Shown here in pieces: positions 9,402-19,685 of a stretch of 64,000 nucleotides of DNA (position 1 is its first letter; each line of letters opens with the position of its first letter). The stretch lies in assembly GCA_050949565.1 (NCBI GenBank), contig JBMNFY010000007.1:190973-254972 (forward strand). The letters are read 5' to 3'. Source of the DNA: Kiritimatiellia bacterium. GTDB taxonomy: Bacteria > Verrucomicrobiota > Kiritimatiellia > RFP12 > UBA1067. The notes under the pieces were generated by a model. The model worked only from the letters and a program-made list of their open reading frames with translations. It did not search any database and had not been told where the DNA came from. The translations under genes were made by a program, and so were the position numbers.

Positions 9402-10739
9402 TTAACGCCGCAGTTGCTCCTCGGAACCCTTGCCCGTAGCGGATAACGTGAAGTCGGCGGGCTGCCCCTTCTTCTGCCGGGAGAGGAAATCGAAGCCTGC
9501 GGGGAAGTTGCCGCCGTGTCCGCCCTCGAAGAGCGTGAAGCGCACGTTCGCCGACGTGCGGCGGAAGTGAATGCGGATCGTCTCGTGGTAGAAGGGATCT
9601 TTTTCCCCCGTGTACTTGAGTGCCTCGGGCACGGCCTGATTCTTCTCAATGAAGTCGATGTCGGCTTCGGAAACGCGGTCCTGCTCGTCGGCCAGCACGT
9701 TGAACGCGCGGAAAGAGTGCCCCACGGGCACGGAGCCCTGCCAGCCGTCGTGGATGCCCGTGACGATGTAGACCGGCACGCCCGCCTCGCGCGCGGCGGG
9801 CAGGAAGGTGAGCGGCGACCGATGCTTGTACTCTTCGGGCTTCTCGGTCGGTGTGCCGCCGCAGGCCGACACGAGCATTTTGGCGTAGTTCTTACCGCGA
9901 CCGGGATGCTCCTCAAGGGACTCATGGTACCAGCGCGCGCAATCGGTGATCGGACAGAACGCCGCGCCGCCCGCGAACACTTCGGGGTGGCGTCCGCACA
10001 TCAGCAGCGTCATGTGGCCGCCACCCGACCCGCCGATGATGTACACGCGCGAAGCGTCCACCTTCACGCGCCCCTTCGCGTAGTTCACGGCGTCCACGAT
10101 ATCCTGTACCGCGTAGTCCGAACCGCAAGCCTGCGGCGTGGAGTTGGGCCCGCGGAAGTTCGGCCCCACGAATGCCCAGCCGCTCTTCTCGGCATAGGCC
10201 TGCACACCCTTGTCGTGACTGAGCTGCAGGTAGTCGGCACTCCAGGTATGAAGGCCCACGATGAGCGGCACGGCTTCGGCCTTGGCCTTCTCGGGAGCCC
10301 AGAAGTAACAGGGCTGGTCGGTGCCGTCGAGGGACGACTTAATCCACACGAGACGTTGCTGCCAAACGGCCCAGTCCTTCGTCTTCTGCGGCCCGCCCTT
10401 CTTGTCAACGGTGAGGCGCGCGGCCACTGGCTCGTCGATCTTCACGCCTTTGGCAAACTCTTCAAAGGTGTATTTGCCGAGCTGCAGCGGGCCTTCGTGC
10501 AGAATCCAATTCTGTGGCTTCAACCCCACCACGATGATCGTGGCCGGCCCTTTCTCCGTCGGCGCGAAGTCGAACGAAAGCGCGAGTTGCTTGTGCTCGT
10601 CACGGTCAACCTTGATGTTCGTCACCTTCGCCCCCTCGCACGCGAGCAATTGCCCTGTCGCGTCCAGCGAAACCCTTACCGCCGCCGTCGCTTCCAAGGC
10701 CATCGTGGCCATCATCACCATTAGAGCTATTTTCTTCAT
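9402..10739 (-). CDS. Exported alpha/beta hydrolase (S9/esterase-like)
   Basis: MKKIALMVMM signal peptide; PLIVGLHTWS, GGSGGGH nucleophile elbow, GIHDG, FEGGH. Confidence 0.82.
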   Translation of the reverse strand: MKKIALMVMMATMALEATAAVRVSLDATGQLLACEGAKVTNIKVDRDEHKQLALSFDFAPTEKGPATIIVVGLKPQNWILHEGPLQLGKYTFEEFAKGVKIDEPVAARLTVDKKGGPQKTKDWAVWQQRLVWIKSSLDGTDQPCYFWAPEKAKAEAVPLIVGLHTWSADYLQLSHDKGVQAYAEKSGWAFVGPNFRGPNSTPQACGSDYAVQDIVDAVNYAKGRVKVDASRVYIIGGSGGGHMTLLMCGRHPEVFAGGAAFCPITDCARWYHESLEEHPGRGKNYAKMLVSACGGTPTEKPEEYKHRSPLTFLPAAREAGVPVYIVTGIHDGWQGSVPVGHSFRAFNVLADEQDRVSEADIDFIEKNQAVPEALKYTGEKDPFYHETIRIHFRRTSANVRFTLFEGGHGGNFPAGFDFLSRQKKGQPADFTLSATGKGSEEQLRR

Positions 10740-10814
10740 TTTACGATCACCCGCCAGCATATCCAAGTTAATTAGTGCATGAGTTTGTCTGGGATCGCGC
10801 TGCCCCCAAAAAAC

Positions 10815-10841
10815 CTCTGCGTCTCTGCGCCTCTGCGTTAA
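10815..10841. repeat. Octamer repeat (CTCTGCGY)n, dispersed family
   Basis: ctctgcgtctctgcgcctctgcgtt; further copies at 28604-28620, 34363-34388 and inverted at 53863-53888. Confidence 0.75.
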
Positions 10842-10916
10842 ACAAACAACTTTTTTTATCGCGCTTGTCGAGCCGTAAGCCACCCACCGATTATGTCAAC
10901 CCCCAAACGGCCGCGT

Positions 10917-13307
10917 TCAAAGCCCCGGCACCGGCACGACCGTCACGACAACGGTTGCGTTTGACTGCGTGCCTGTATACCAGGCGCAGCAGTCGGTCTT
11001 CCCTTGAAGCCGGGTCGCCTTCACGTTGCCCGCGTCGTAGATGCGGGGCTCGAACCCTTCGGCGAGAACTTCCGGCTCCGGCCAGGCATCGGGATGCGTG
11101 AAGATGAAATCGGCCTTCGCGACACGGCGCTTGAGCTTCCGCGCTCCGCGGTGATAGTAGTAGTTCGCGACAAGCCCCGTCTTCGGATCGTAGATGAGAC
11201 TCGGCGTCGACTCCCGCACATCGCCGATATTGGTGCGCGCCTTCGTCCATGTTTTTCCGCCGTCCGTGCTTGTCACCTGGAACTGCGTACCGAGCCCCTG
11301 TTCGCAACGTCCGATGAGAAGGATGCGTCCGTTCCCGAGTGAGACGATCGAGGATTCGGTGACCCACTCCTTGACCGGCAGATTAGATTCGATCGTCCGC
11401 TGCTCCCATGTGCGACCGTCATCCGTACTCACAAGAATACCCCAGGAGTTGCCCCCGTCCTTGTGGTAGTTTCCGGCGAACCACGGGGAAACGAGACCGA
11501 GCCCGGTTACGAAGACAGGGTCAAGAACCTGAACCGGAAACGGATCGGGGCGAAGCGAGGCGATCTTCGTGAACGAGAGGCCGTCTGCCGAGCGGTAAAG
11601 CTCATGGCGGCGACTGTCCTCGACGCCCCAGCAACGCACCCACGCAAGCACCGCGCCCGTTGAATCAAGCCCGATGCCCTCGTTCACCTCAGCGATTTTC
11701 GGATCGCTCGCCATCGTCACCTCCGCCGACCAGGTCCTACCGCCGTCCTCGGAGACCTTCGCATAGGAATCGCGGCTGCCCGGATTGGTCGTATGGCCAT
11801 CCGGCGGAAGCGCGTTGTCGCGGCTGTAGGTACAGACGAGCTTCGCACCCATCGCCTGAATCATCGGCCAGGAGTTGTAGCCGCGCCGGTTCTGCACGAC
11901 AAACGCATTCTCCGGCATCCGGCAGTCGCCGATCCCGCCGTTGCGCGCGGGTTCCTCAATGAGGATCTCATCGTGCGGCTCGCTCGGCACATAACCGTGG
12001 GTCGAGCCCTGCACCCAGCGGATGCGCTTGGGACAAGAGAGGTTGTTCCACATCGCCCAGATGCCCGACGGCGGGCAGCAGTAGTCGCCGAGTCCCGCGC
12101 GTGTCACGTTCACAAAACAAGTCTTCGGAATGCGCTTGGCGAGATTGACGGGATCGTAGTACCGGAGGGCCGGTGTCTCGCGGATGTACCAAGGGTCGAT
12201 GATGCGCTTGAGCGTATCGCGGCCGCCCATGTCGCAGTTCCAAGGGATGGACGGTTCGCAAAGCGTGACCGCAGGATCAAGACCCGCCGCCCAAAGCGAC
12301 TGCATGCCGCCCATCGAACCGCCCGCGACGCGCAGGTTCCGGCCATCCCACTCGGGCAGCGACTTCAGATATTCGAGCGCGCGCATCAGGCGATAGGTGT
12401 AACCGCTGAAATAGGAAGTCTCGGGATCGGCGTTCTGCTTCTCGTCGAAACAGAACGTCTTGCCGCCCGAGCAAATCGAGCGGTAAAACTCGTCATAATA
12501 TTCCGGTTCGCGCTCAAGTTCATAGCCGTGCGGCGAGAAGTAGAACGCGATCTTGTCGCCACCGCCCGAAACCGGATGGACGACGTGCCCCTTGTTCGGA
12601 TAGGTATGGCCGTAGCCATGCAGGGAAACGGTAGTCGGATACTTGCCCGGCTTCTTCGGGATCGCGAGGTAGCCAGTTGAAGGCCGGGGCCCCGCACATT
12701 TGATCGAGACCGCGTACATCGTCTCGAAATCATTCTGCTGCTTCGCGATCGGCCGACGATCCGCCTCGAGCGGCACCTTCGCCAGACGTGCCCGACGCCG
12801 CGCCCAGAACGCATCAAAATCCTCCGGTTCTGGGACACTCGTAAGCTTCTCGGGCTCGACGCCTGCGCTGCCGTCAAAGAAAATCCGGCGGTCCTTCTTT
12901 TCGAATGCGTTTAGCGCCCTCTTGCCCTCGGGCGTCGTCGTGTCGCCACGGAATTGCTTGAGCACGGTCTTACCTTTCTCGTCGACGACGGTGGCGGTCA
13001 TGCGCACGAATCCAGCTCTGTCGAGCGCGGTCGTATGGGCGAACAACTGACCGAAAACGAGCGGCTCGCGTCCGTTCGCCCGTTTGCCGTCATCACCCGT
13101 GCGCGACCATGAAATGAAATACTTGCCAGCCGGAAACGCCTCAGCACCCTCGACCGAAAGCGTAAAGATGATCACGTCGCCCGGTTTGTAGTCGAATGCA
13201 CGCCGGTCAGTCGCACCATGCAACACGGCGTTGTCGAGTTCGTCGGCACCCAACGCGCCAGCAACGGCCGAGACAAACAACAGCACCATCCACCGATTTT
13301 TCTTCAT
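10917..13307 (-). CDS. Acetylxylan esterase (CE7/AXE1-like) fused to a BNR/Asp-box sialidase-like domain
   Basis: EPEDFDAFW, LHGYG, GGSMGG, YYDPVNLA, GLGDYCCPP, STH; C-terminal Asp-boxes SEDGGRTW, STDDGRTW, STDGGKTW. Confidence 0.8.
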   Translation of the reverse strand: MKKNRWMVLLFVSAVAGALGADELDNAVLHGATDRRAFDYKPGDVIIFTLSVEGAEAFPAGKYFISWSRTGDDGKRANGREPLVFGQLFAHTTALDRAGFVRMTATVVDEKGKTVLKQFRGDTTTPEGKRALNAFEKKDRRIFFDGSAGVEPEKLTSVPEPEDFDAFWARRRARLAKVPLEADRRPIAKQQNDFETMYAVSIKCAGPRPSTGYLAIPKKPGKYPTTVSLHGYGHTYPNKGHVVHPVSGGGDKIAFYFSPHGYELEREPEYYDEFYRSICSGGKTFCFDEKQNADPETSYFSGYTYRLMRALEYLKSLPEWDGRNLRVAGGSMGGMQSLWAAGLDPAVTLCEPSIPWNCDMGGRDTLKRIIDPWYIRETPALRYYDPVNLAKRIPKTCFVNVTRAGLGDYCCPPSGIWAMWNNLSCPKRIRWVQGSTHGYVPSEPHDEILIEEPARNGGIGDCRMPENAFVVQNRRGYNSWPMIQAMGAKLVCTYSRDNALPPDGHTTNPGSRDSYAKVSEDGGRTWSAEVTMASDPKIAEVNEGIGLDSTGAVLAWVRCWGVEDSRRHELYRSADGLSFTKIASLRPDPFPVQVLDPVFVTGLGLVSPWFAGNYHKDGGNSWGILVSTDDGRTWEQRTIESNLPVKEWVTESSIVSLGNGRILLIGRCEQGLGTQFQVTSTDGGKTWTKARTNIGDVRESTPSLIYDPKTGLVANYYYHRGARKLKRRVAKADFIFTHPDAWPEPEVLAEGFEPRIYDAGNVKATRLQGKTDCCAWYTGTQSNATVVVTVVPVPGL

Positions 13308-13472
13308 GCCCCCTACCCCTCCTTTTGCTTCTGGCATTGTATCAAAATAACCTAATTCAGGAAATGGGTTTACGTCGTCACCTGTTTTACGCTATAGTCC
13401 TGTCCCGGTCACGCACTGACGCTTGATCGGTTTTTTTGTTTCTTCCCCCTATCGCGTAGAGGCAGGCTATTT

Positions 13473-14993
13473 ATGATGAACAAAATCGGTTTTGACAATG
13501 ACACATACCTCGCTGAGCAAACCGAGGAAATCAAGCGTCGCGCCGAGAAGAGCGGCAACAAGCTCTATCTCGAATTCGGCGGCAAGCTCATGCACGATAT
13601 GCACGCGGCCCGCGTCCTACCCGGCTACGATCCGAATGTCAAAATACGCCTTCTGCAAAAGCTCAAGGACAAGGCCGAGATCGTGCTTTGCATCTTTGCG
13701 GGTGATATCGAACGCAAAAAAATGCGCGCGGATTTTGGCATCTCTTACGACACCGACGCGCTCAAAATGATCGATGGCCTGCGCAGTTGGGGACTGCTGA
13801 TCCGCGCTGTGGTCATCACCCGTTTTTGCGGACAGCACGCCGCCAAGCAGTTCCGCGCCCGCCTCGAACACCGCGGCATCAAGGTCTATTATCACTACAT
13901 GACCCAAGGTTACCCCGCCAACGTCGATACAATCGTCAGTCCCGAGGGTTACGGGGCGAATGAGTACATCGAGACCGAACGGCCGATCGTGGTCGTGACC
14001 GGACCGGGTCCCGGCAGCGGCAAGCTGGCCACCTGCCTCACCCAGCTTTACCATGACCGCAATGCAGGACGCTTGGCCGGCTATGCCAAATTTGAAACTT
14101 TTCCAGTCTGGAATCTGCCATTGGAACACCCCATCAACATCGCCTATGAAGCCGCCACAGTCGATATCAACGACGCCAACATGGTGGACCCCTACCATCT
14201 TCAGGCCTACCAAGAGGTGGCAATTAACTACAACCGCGACGTCGATGCCTTCCCGCTGCTGCGTGCCATCTGGGAGAAGATCACCCACGAACCCTGTCCC
14301 TATAAATCGCCGACCGATATGGGCGTTAACCGCGTGGGTTTCGGTATCACCGACGACGAGGTTGTCTGCGCGGCGTCCAAGCAAGAGGTAATCCGGCGCT
14401 ACTTCCGTCACCTTTGCGAATTCTCGTCCGGGCAGACCGAACATATCACCGTAGACCGCATCGAACTGTTGATGCAAAAGTTGGACCTGGTTCCGGAAGA
14501 CCGTGTGGTTGTGACACCCGCGCGTCAGGCGGGCCAAGATGCCATGAAAAAAGGCAAGGGACGTAACGGGATATTCTGCGGCGCAGCCATGCAGCTCAAA
14601 GACGGACGGATCGTTACAGGTAAAAACTCCGAGCAGATGCACGCAGCAGCAAGCATGGTCCTGAACGCGATCAAGGAACTCTCAGGCATTCCAGATCAGA
14701 TCCACCTGATCGCGCCGCAGGTCGTGCAGTCGATCGTGCACATGAAACATGACATCCTCAAGGGCAAGTACACAAGCCTGAATCTTGACGAAGCTCTGAT
14801 CGGACTCGCGGTCAGTTGCGCGACCAATCCCGCCGCCCAGATCGCGATGGAGCGGCTGATCGACCTGCGTGACTGTGAGGTGCACCTGACTCACATGGTG
14901 ACCCCCGGCGACGAGGCGGGCCTGCGGCGTCTGGGCATGCGCTGCACGAGCGATCCCTTCTTCGCCTCGTCCGAGTTGGTTATTGACGCGTAA
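13473..14993 (+). CDS. DUF1846 (UPF0371) family protein
   Basis: KIGFDN...KLYLEFGGKL..D.HAARVLPG, GPGPGSGKLATCL, YAKFETFP, NYNRDV, YKSPTDMGVN motifs. Confidence 0.85.
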   Translation: MMNKIGFDNDTYLAEQTEEIKRRAEKSGNKLYLEFGGKLMHDMHAARVLPGYDPNVKIRLLQKLKDKAEIVLCIFAGDIERKKMRADFGISYDTDALKMIDGLRSWGLLIRAVVITRFCGQHAAKQFRARLEHRGIKVYYHYMTQGYPANVDTIVSPEGYGANEYIETERPIVVVTGPGPGSGKLATCLTQLYHDRNAGRLAGYAKFETFPVWNLPLEHPINIAYEAATVDINDANMVDPYHLQAYQEVAINYNRDVDAFPLLRAIWEKITHEPCPYKSPTDMGVNRVGFGITDDEVVCAASKQEVIRRYFRHLCEFSSGQTEHITVDRIELLMQKLDLVPEDRVVVTPARQAGQDAMKKGKGRNGIFCGAAMQLKDGRIVTGKNSEQMHAAASMVLNAIKELSGIPDQIHLIAPQVVQSIVHMKHDILKGKYTSLNLDEALIGLAVSCATNPAAQIAMERLIDLRDCEVHLTHMVTPGDEAGLRRLGMRCTSDPFFASSELVIDA

Positions 14994-15471
14994 GCGTCAA
15001 CCGGTACCAGAGCATCCGGTCGCCATCGAAAACGAAGCGCCCCTCGAACGCTTTGCCGTCGAGCATCAGCGGAATCCAAAGCCGGTCGTCGGCCCACATG
15101 CGATCGTACGGGATGTCGGATTCCGCACACCAGAAGGGCGCTGCTTCGTCGGTCTCCGTGAGCGTGCCGTCATAGCCGTCAGCGGTGAAGACGCAACAGC
15201 TCAGCGAATAGCCGTCCATAAAGGCAAAATCAAGGTGACCGGCCGAACGCAGGCCGCTGGGCGTCAGCCCCACTTCTTCGCGCGTCTCGCGCACCGCCGC
15301 CTGCTCAGGCGTCTCGCCCGGTTCGAGGCGGCCACCCGGTGCGTTCACTTTGCCCTGACCCAACCCTCTTTTTTTGACGATCAGCAGAAGCCGTCCTTCA
15401 CATCGGATAAACGTGAGCACCGCACGATCCTTCGGCGCCCACTTCTCCCAATCAATCCCGCCATCTTTCAC
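14980..15471 (-). CDS. NUDIX hydrolase, 8-oxo-dGTPase (MTH1-like)
   Basis: KKRGLGQGKVNAPGGRLEPGETPEQAAVRETREEVG Nudix box; IPYDRMWADD; GTG start. Confidence 0.88.
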   Translation of the reverse strand: MKDGGIDWEKWAPKDRAVLTFIRCEGRLLLIVKKRGLGQGKVNAPGGRLEPGETPEQAAVRETREEVGLTPSGLRSAGHLDFAFMDGYSLSCCVFTADGYDGTLTETDEAAPFWCAESDIPYDRMWADDRLWIPLMLDGKAFEGRFVFDGDRMLWYRLTLTRQ

Positions 15472-15473
15472 TT

Positions 15474-15518
15474 CTTACTTCTTCGTTCTTCGTTATTAGT
15501 TCTTAGTTATTCGTTATT
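15474..15518. repeat. Heptamer tandem repeat (MTTMGTT)n filling the intergenic gap
   Basis: cttactt cttcgtt cttcgtt attagtt cttagtt attcgtt. Confidence 0.7.
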
Positions 15519-15936
15519 CCACATGCCTCGATATGAAATTGTCGCGGATGTAGTCGATTGCCTCTTCCAGTGATGGCAGGATCTTGGTGCAGTAGCGCAC
15601 CATCCAGGGCGAGCAGTCCTGAAAACTGAAAGGCGAAAAAGCTACGACGAATTTGCCCAAATTGTGTGCCGCGAAAAAGACCTCCATCGAGGTACCGATC
15701 GAGGACTTATTGTAGTTCACCAGCAGGATGTCGGCATCACGTACATCCTGCAGGTCGAACTCGACGATCTCATTGGCGCTATCGACTTCGCGATCCTTGA
15801 AGTTTCGTCTCATCGGGTCGAGCAGGATAAAGTGGTCGCGCAAGGCTTCCTTGGCCCGTTCGCGCCAAGTCGCAGCCAGATCGGGATGCTCATCCATGAT
15901 CGGGCCGGAGAGATATATCTTTTTTTTCATATTCAT
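15514..15936 (-). CDS. Nucleoside 2-deoxyribosyltransferase/N-hydrolase (NDT/Rcl-like)
   Basis: [28 protein letters not shown] motifs; ATGA overlap with the glyA stop. Confidence 0.72.
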   Translation of the reverse strand: MNMKKKIYLSGPIMDEHPDLAATWRERAKEALRDHFILLDPMRRNFKDREVDSANEIVEFDLQDVRDADILLVNYNKSSIGTSMEVFFAAHNLGKFVVAFSPFSFQDCSPWMVRYCTKILPSLEEAIDYIRDNFISRHVE

Positions 15937-17609
15937 GGCACTTGGAAAGTAGCGGTCAGGGCTGCGACTTCCGCGCGCACCTTTTCGATCAACGCCGTAT
16001 TTGAGAGGTCGGAGAGAATGTCGGCGATCCATCCGCCGATCCGTTGCATGTCAGGCTCCCGCATGCCGCGCGTCGTGACCGACGCAGTACCGATGCGGAT
16101 GCCGGAAGTCACGAACGGGCTGTTCTTGTCGAAAGGAATGGTGTTCTTGTTGCAGATAATGCCCGCGGCGTCCAGTGCGGCGGCGGCGTCCTTGCCAGTG
16201 AGACCGTTCCGCGCGACATTCACCAGCATCAGATGGTTGTCCGTGCCGCCAGAGACCAGATGGAAGCCACGCGCCATGAGAGTAGTGGCCAGTGCCTTGC
16301 TGTTTGCTACGATCTGGTGCGCGTAGTCCTTGAACGCCGGCTGCAACGCCTCGTTGAAACAGACCGCCTTGGCCGCGATGATGTTTTCAAGCGGACCACC
16401 CTGCAAGCCGGGGAAGACCGTCTTATCGACTGCTTTAGCAAATGTCTCTCGGCAGAGGATCAGACCGCCGCGCGGACCGCGCAGTGTCTTGTGCGTGGTC
16501 GTGGTCACAAATTCCGCGTACGGCACCGGACTCGGGTGTACGCCGCCGGCCACGAGACCTGCGATGTGCGCCATGTCCACCATCAGCATCGCACCGCAGG
16601 CGTCGGCGATCTTGCGGAATCGGGGGAAGTCCAACACACGCGGATAGGCGCTGGCGCCAGCCACGATCATACGCGGCCGGTGCTCCAGCGCGAGCTTTTC
16701 GATCTCGTCGTAGTCCAGCACCTCGGTCTCCGGTGAGACGCAGTACGGGACGATATTAAAGAGCTGGCCTGAGAAGTTGACCGGGCTGCCGTGCGTCAAG
16801 TGCCCGCCTTGGTCGAGACTCATTGAGAGTATCGTGTCGCCAGGTTGGAGGACCGAGAAGTAGACCGCCATGTTGGCCGAGCTGCCGCAATGCGGTTGCA
16901 CGTTGGCGTGTTCGGCACCGAACAGCGTTTTGGCGCGCTCGATCGCCAAGGTCTCGGCGGTATCCACCGGGACGCAACCGCTGTACCAGCGCCGCCCCGG
17001 ATAGCCTTCTGCATATTTGTTGGTCAGCACGCTGCCCGAGGCCTCACGCACCGCGCGCGACACCGTGTTCTCTGAGGCGATCAGATTGATCGTGCTGTTC
17101 TCTTGGCGGATCTGCCCGACAACCGCCGCGTGAACTTCGGGATCAGCCGCCGCAAGGTGGGATATCTCGGACAGGCGTTCACCGCGCTCAAGTTTGTCAA
17201 TGCGGCGTGCGTGACGTTCTTCCTGCGAGAACGGCGTCTCTAGGAAAGTCCGCGCAATATCGACGGCAACTTCGGGATCCATCGTGCCGGCCAAGACCAG
17301 TACGTTGGCATCATTGTGCGTGCGCGCCTTGACGGCGGCGGCGACTGACCCGCAGAGGGCCGCGCGCACACCGGCAAAGCGGTTTGCTGCGATGCTCATG
17401 CCGATCCCGGTCGTGCAAACCAGAATCGCGGCATCCGCGCGCTTCTCGGCGATCTGTTCAGCGACCTTAATCGCGAAATCTGGATAATCGACAGAGTCAG
17501 CGGAAGACGTCCCAAAGTCTTCTGTCGCATCTCCGCGCGCTGCCAACATCTTGATGACAGCCTGCTTAACATTCAATCCACCGTGATCGCATCCGAGTAC
17601 TAGTTTCAT
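15933..17609 (-). CDS. glyA: Fused ribose-5-phosphate isomerase B / serine hydroxymethyltransferase
   Basis: N-terminus [30 protein letters not shown] (RpiB). Then [42 protein letters not shown] (SHMT). Confidence 0.95.
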   Translation of the reverse strand: MKLVLGCDHGGLNVKQAVIKMLAARGDATEDFGTSSADSVDYPDFAIKVAEQIAEKRADAAILVCTTGIGMSIAANRFAGVRAALCGSVAAAVKARTHNDANVLVLAGTMDPEVAVDIARTFLETPFSQEERHARRIDKLERGERLSEISHLAAADPEVHAAVVGQIRQENSTINLIASENTVSRAVREASGSVLTNKYAEGYPGRRWYSGCVPVDTAETLAIERAKTLFGAEHANVQPHCGSSANMAVYFSVLQPGDTILSMSLDQGGHLTHGSPVNFSGQLFNIVPYCVSPETEVLDYDEIEKLALEHRPRMIVAGASAYPRVLDFPRFRKIADACGAMLMVDMAHIAGLVAGGVHPSPVPYAEFVTTTTHKTLRGPRGGLILCRETFAKAVDKTVFPGLQGGPLENIIAAKAVCFNEALQPAFKDYAHQIVANSKALATTLMARGFHLVSGGTDNHLMLVNVARNGLTGKDAAAALDAAGIICNKNTIPFDKNSPFVTSGIRIGTASVTTRGMREPDMQRIGGWIADILSDLSNTALIEKVRAEVAALTATFQVP

Positions 17610-17659
17610 CAAACTTTGCTCCGAAAGTAAAAAAGGTCATCGTGCTTCGAATGCGCGGG

Positions 17660-17689
17660 ACTATAACATGTGGCGGGTTGCTCCGGCAA
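17660..17689 (-). promoter_or_regulatory. Putative sigma70 promoter of rpiB-glyA
   Basis: TTGCCG-N18-TATAGT with extended TG on the minus strand. Confidence 0.5.
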
Positions 17690-17691
17690 GA

Positions 17692-18123
17692 TCAACTCTC
17701 CCCATCCTCCTTGTTCTTCGGCACGGGCAAACCTGCTTTATAAACACGCATCGCGAGCATGTAGCCGACGGTGACGGTACAACAGAGTAGCAACGGCAAT
17801 ATTGAGCGCAAATAACCGAACAGATCATAGATCAGGGTGTTCCAGAGTGCCACGCCACCAAATCCTGCAACCAGCATACTTAAAAATACAACCCCATAGG
17901 GCACACGCCACAGGATCAACACACGGTAGAGTCCGGCTGCGACAACGAAAAAAGGAGCGGCGACCCACGAGATGCTCAAGCCCAAACCCGCGATTACCTG
18001 CCAAAACGCCCAGCGCCGAGGACCTGAGATCAACAGCGGGAAGTAGTAAGCCAACACAAAGAGTTGCGGCACCAACAACATTGTCACCGCAATCAGGCCG
18101 ACCGTGCGCCACCTTGTTTTCAT
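17692..18123 (-). CDS. Hypothetical membrane protein (about 4 TM)
   Basis: GGAGG RBS, ATGA overlap with lipB, hydrophobic helices. Confidence 0.7.
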   Translation of the reverse strand: MKTRWRTVGLIAVTMLLVPQLFVLAYYFPLLISGPRRWAFWQVIAGLGLSISWVAAPFFVVAAGLYRVLILWRVPYGVVFLSMLVAGFGGVALWNTLIYDLFGYLRSILPLLLCCTVTVGYMLAMRVYKAGLPVPKNKEDGES

Positions 18124-18770
18124 GTTTCCTCCCCGTATTCGAAGACCTCGCGAAAGGAAGTCTCGACCCGCCGCTTCACGTCGGACATGTCCGGCGTCTC
18201 GTCCAACAACAAAGCTAGCGACGTAACATCGGCATCCTGCAATCCGCACGCCACAATACCGCTGTAGTCCGCCATGCGGGGCGACACATTCAACGCGAAG
18301 CCATGCATCGTCACCTGGCGCGAGACACGTATCCCCAGCGCCGCAAGCTTTGCGTTGCCCACCCATACACCGCGGTTGCGCGTGTCGCGTCCAGCTTCGA
18401 CCCCAAACGTCGCCACGGCGCGAATCAGAGTCTCCTCCAGCGCGTCAATATACTCCAACACCCGCAATCTGGCTTCACCCAAATGCAAAATCGGGTAGCC
18501 CACCAACTGCCCCGGGCCATGGTAGGTGACATCGCCGCCACGCGTGGTCGTCACCCGTTCGATGCCAAGCGCACGCAGGCGCTCCTCAGAATAGAGCACG
18601 TGCGACTCGGCGGCAGAACGACCCAACGTGTAGACCGGACGATGCTCCAGCAACAGCAGGGTGTCCGGGCACTCGCCCGCCACCCGCTGTGCATGTATCC
18701 GTTCCTGAAGGGAGAACACCTCGCAGTATCCGGCGTCGCGTCCCAAGTCCCTGACTCTCAACGTCCGCAC
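18120..18770 (-). CDS. lipB: Lipoyl(octanoyl) transferase
   Basis: LLLEHRPVYTLG, RGGDVTYHGPGQLVGYPI, KLAALG, HGFALNV, IVACG. Confidence 0.95.
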   Translation of the reverse strand: MRTLRVRDLGRDAGYCEVFSLQERIHAQRVAGECPDTLLLLEHRPVYTLGRSAAESHVLYSEERLRALGIERVTTTRGGDVTYHGPGQLVGYPILHLGEARLRVLEYIDALEETLIRAVATFGVEAGRDTRNRGVWVGNAKLAALGIRVSRQVTMHGFALNVSPRMADYSGIVACGLQDADVTSLALLLDETPDMSDVKRRVETSFREVFEYGEET

Positions 18771-18796
18771 ATCGCCCTCGCCGGTAGTCTAAACAC

Positions 18797-18831
18797 AAAA
18801 TCCGGTCCCCCCACTGACGTGCGGCGACCGG
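18797..18831 (-). terminator. Putative rpsT terminator
   Basis: Minus-strand hairpin ccggtcgccgcac...gtggggggaccgg followed by attttgtg. Confidence 0.4.
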
Positions 18832-18865
18832 TAAATGAGTGAATACAACAACAAACGCGAGCGCT

Positions 18866-19129
18866 TTACGCCATTTTGGCGATGCTGAGCGCCACGCGCG
18901 ACTTTTTGCGGTTGGCGTTGTTCTTGGGGATCACGCCTTTCTTTGCCGCCTTGTCCAACTTCGAAGAATACTCGGAATACAGCTTCTGCGCCTCTTCCTT
19001 GTTTCCCGCACCAATGGCGTCAAGCACCTTTTTGCGGGCCGTCAGCACACCGCTCCGCACCGACCGGTTACGCAGACGGCTTGCATTAGCCTGCTTCGTA
19101 CGCTTGACTGCACTCTTGTTAATCGCCAT
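18866..19129 (-). CDS. rpsT: 30S ribosomal protein S20
   Basis: KSAVKR..RLRNRS..LDKAAKKGVI.KN.ANRKKSR; AAGGAG RBS. Confidence 0.95.
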   Translation of the reverse strand: MAINKSAVKRTKQANASRLRNRSVRSGVLTARKKVLDAIGAGNKEEAQKLYSEYSSKLDKAAKKGVIPKNNANRKKSRVALSIAKMA

Positions 19130-19176
19130 GAAACATTGCTCCTTAGTCCACTTCCTCAAAACATGGAAAGTGCTCT

Positions 19177-19204
19177 ATAATAACGGATTTAGCCGGGCGG
19201 TCAA
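19177..19204 (-). promoter_or_regulatory. Putative sigma70 promoter of rpsT
   Basis: TTGACC-N16-TATTAT on the minus strand. Confidence 0.45.
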
Positions 19205-19232
19205 CTCGGAAGAGAGAAAGACCAGCAAAAAC

Positions 19233-19562
19233 TCAGGCGCCCAGCGCGGCTTCCAACGCCGACACCAGCGCATCCCCGCGCTGTAACCCCGTGAACTGCT
19301 GCACGACCTCACCGTCCTTGAAGAGGAAAATCGCCGGGATCCCCCTAACGCCGTAACGCGCCGCGAGATCCTGCGCTTCGTCCACATTCACCTTACAGAT
19401 CTTGGCACGGCCGCTCATCGCGGGCGCCACCTGCTTCTCAAGAATCGGTGTCTGCATTTGGCAGGGGCCACACCAAGGCGCCCAGAAATCAACCAGCGTG
19501 ACTCCGCTCTTCACGGTTTCGTCAAAATTCTCAGCCGTCAAATCCAACACTTGCTCGGACAT
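19233..19562 (-). CDS. trxA: Thioredoxin
   Basis: VDFWAPWCGPC active site; AGGAGG RBS. Confidence 0.95.
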   Translation of the reverse strand: MSEQVLDLTAENFDETVKSGVTLVDFWAPWCGPCQMQTPILEKQVAPAMSGRAKICKVNVDEAQDLAARYGVRGIPAIFLFKDGEVVQQFTGLQRGDALVSALEAALGA

Positions 19563-19685
19563 GCTTGTCCCTCCTTTTGTTTGTTCTTAAAACAGGCGTG
19601 GATCATACCCCGAACCCCCGCCGCAATGCAACTCCGCAGTTGCCCGTTTGCCCTTGTCTATTCAAAACCTGACAATCCCATTTTC

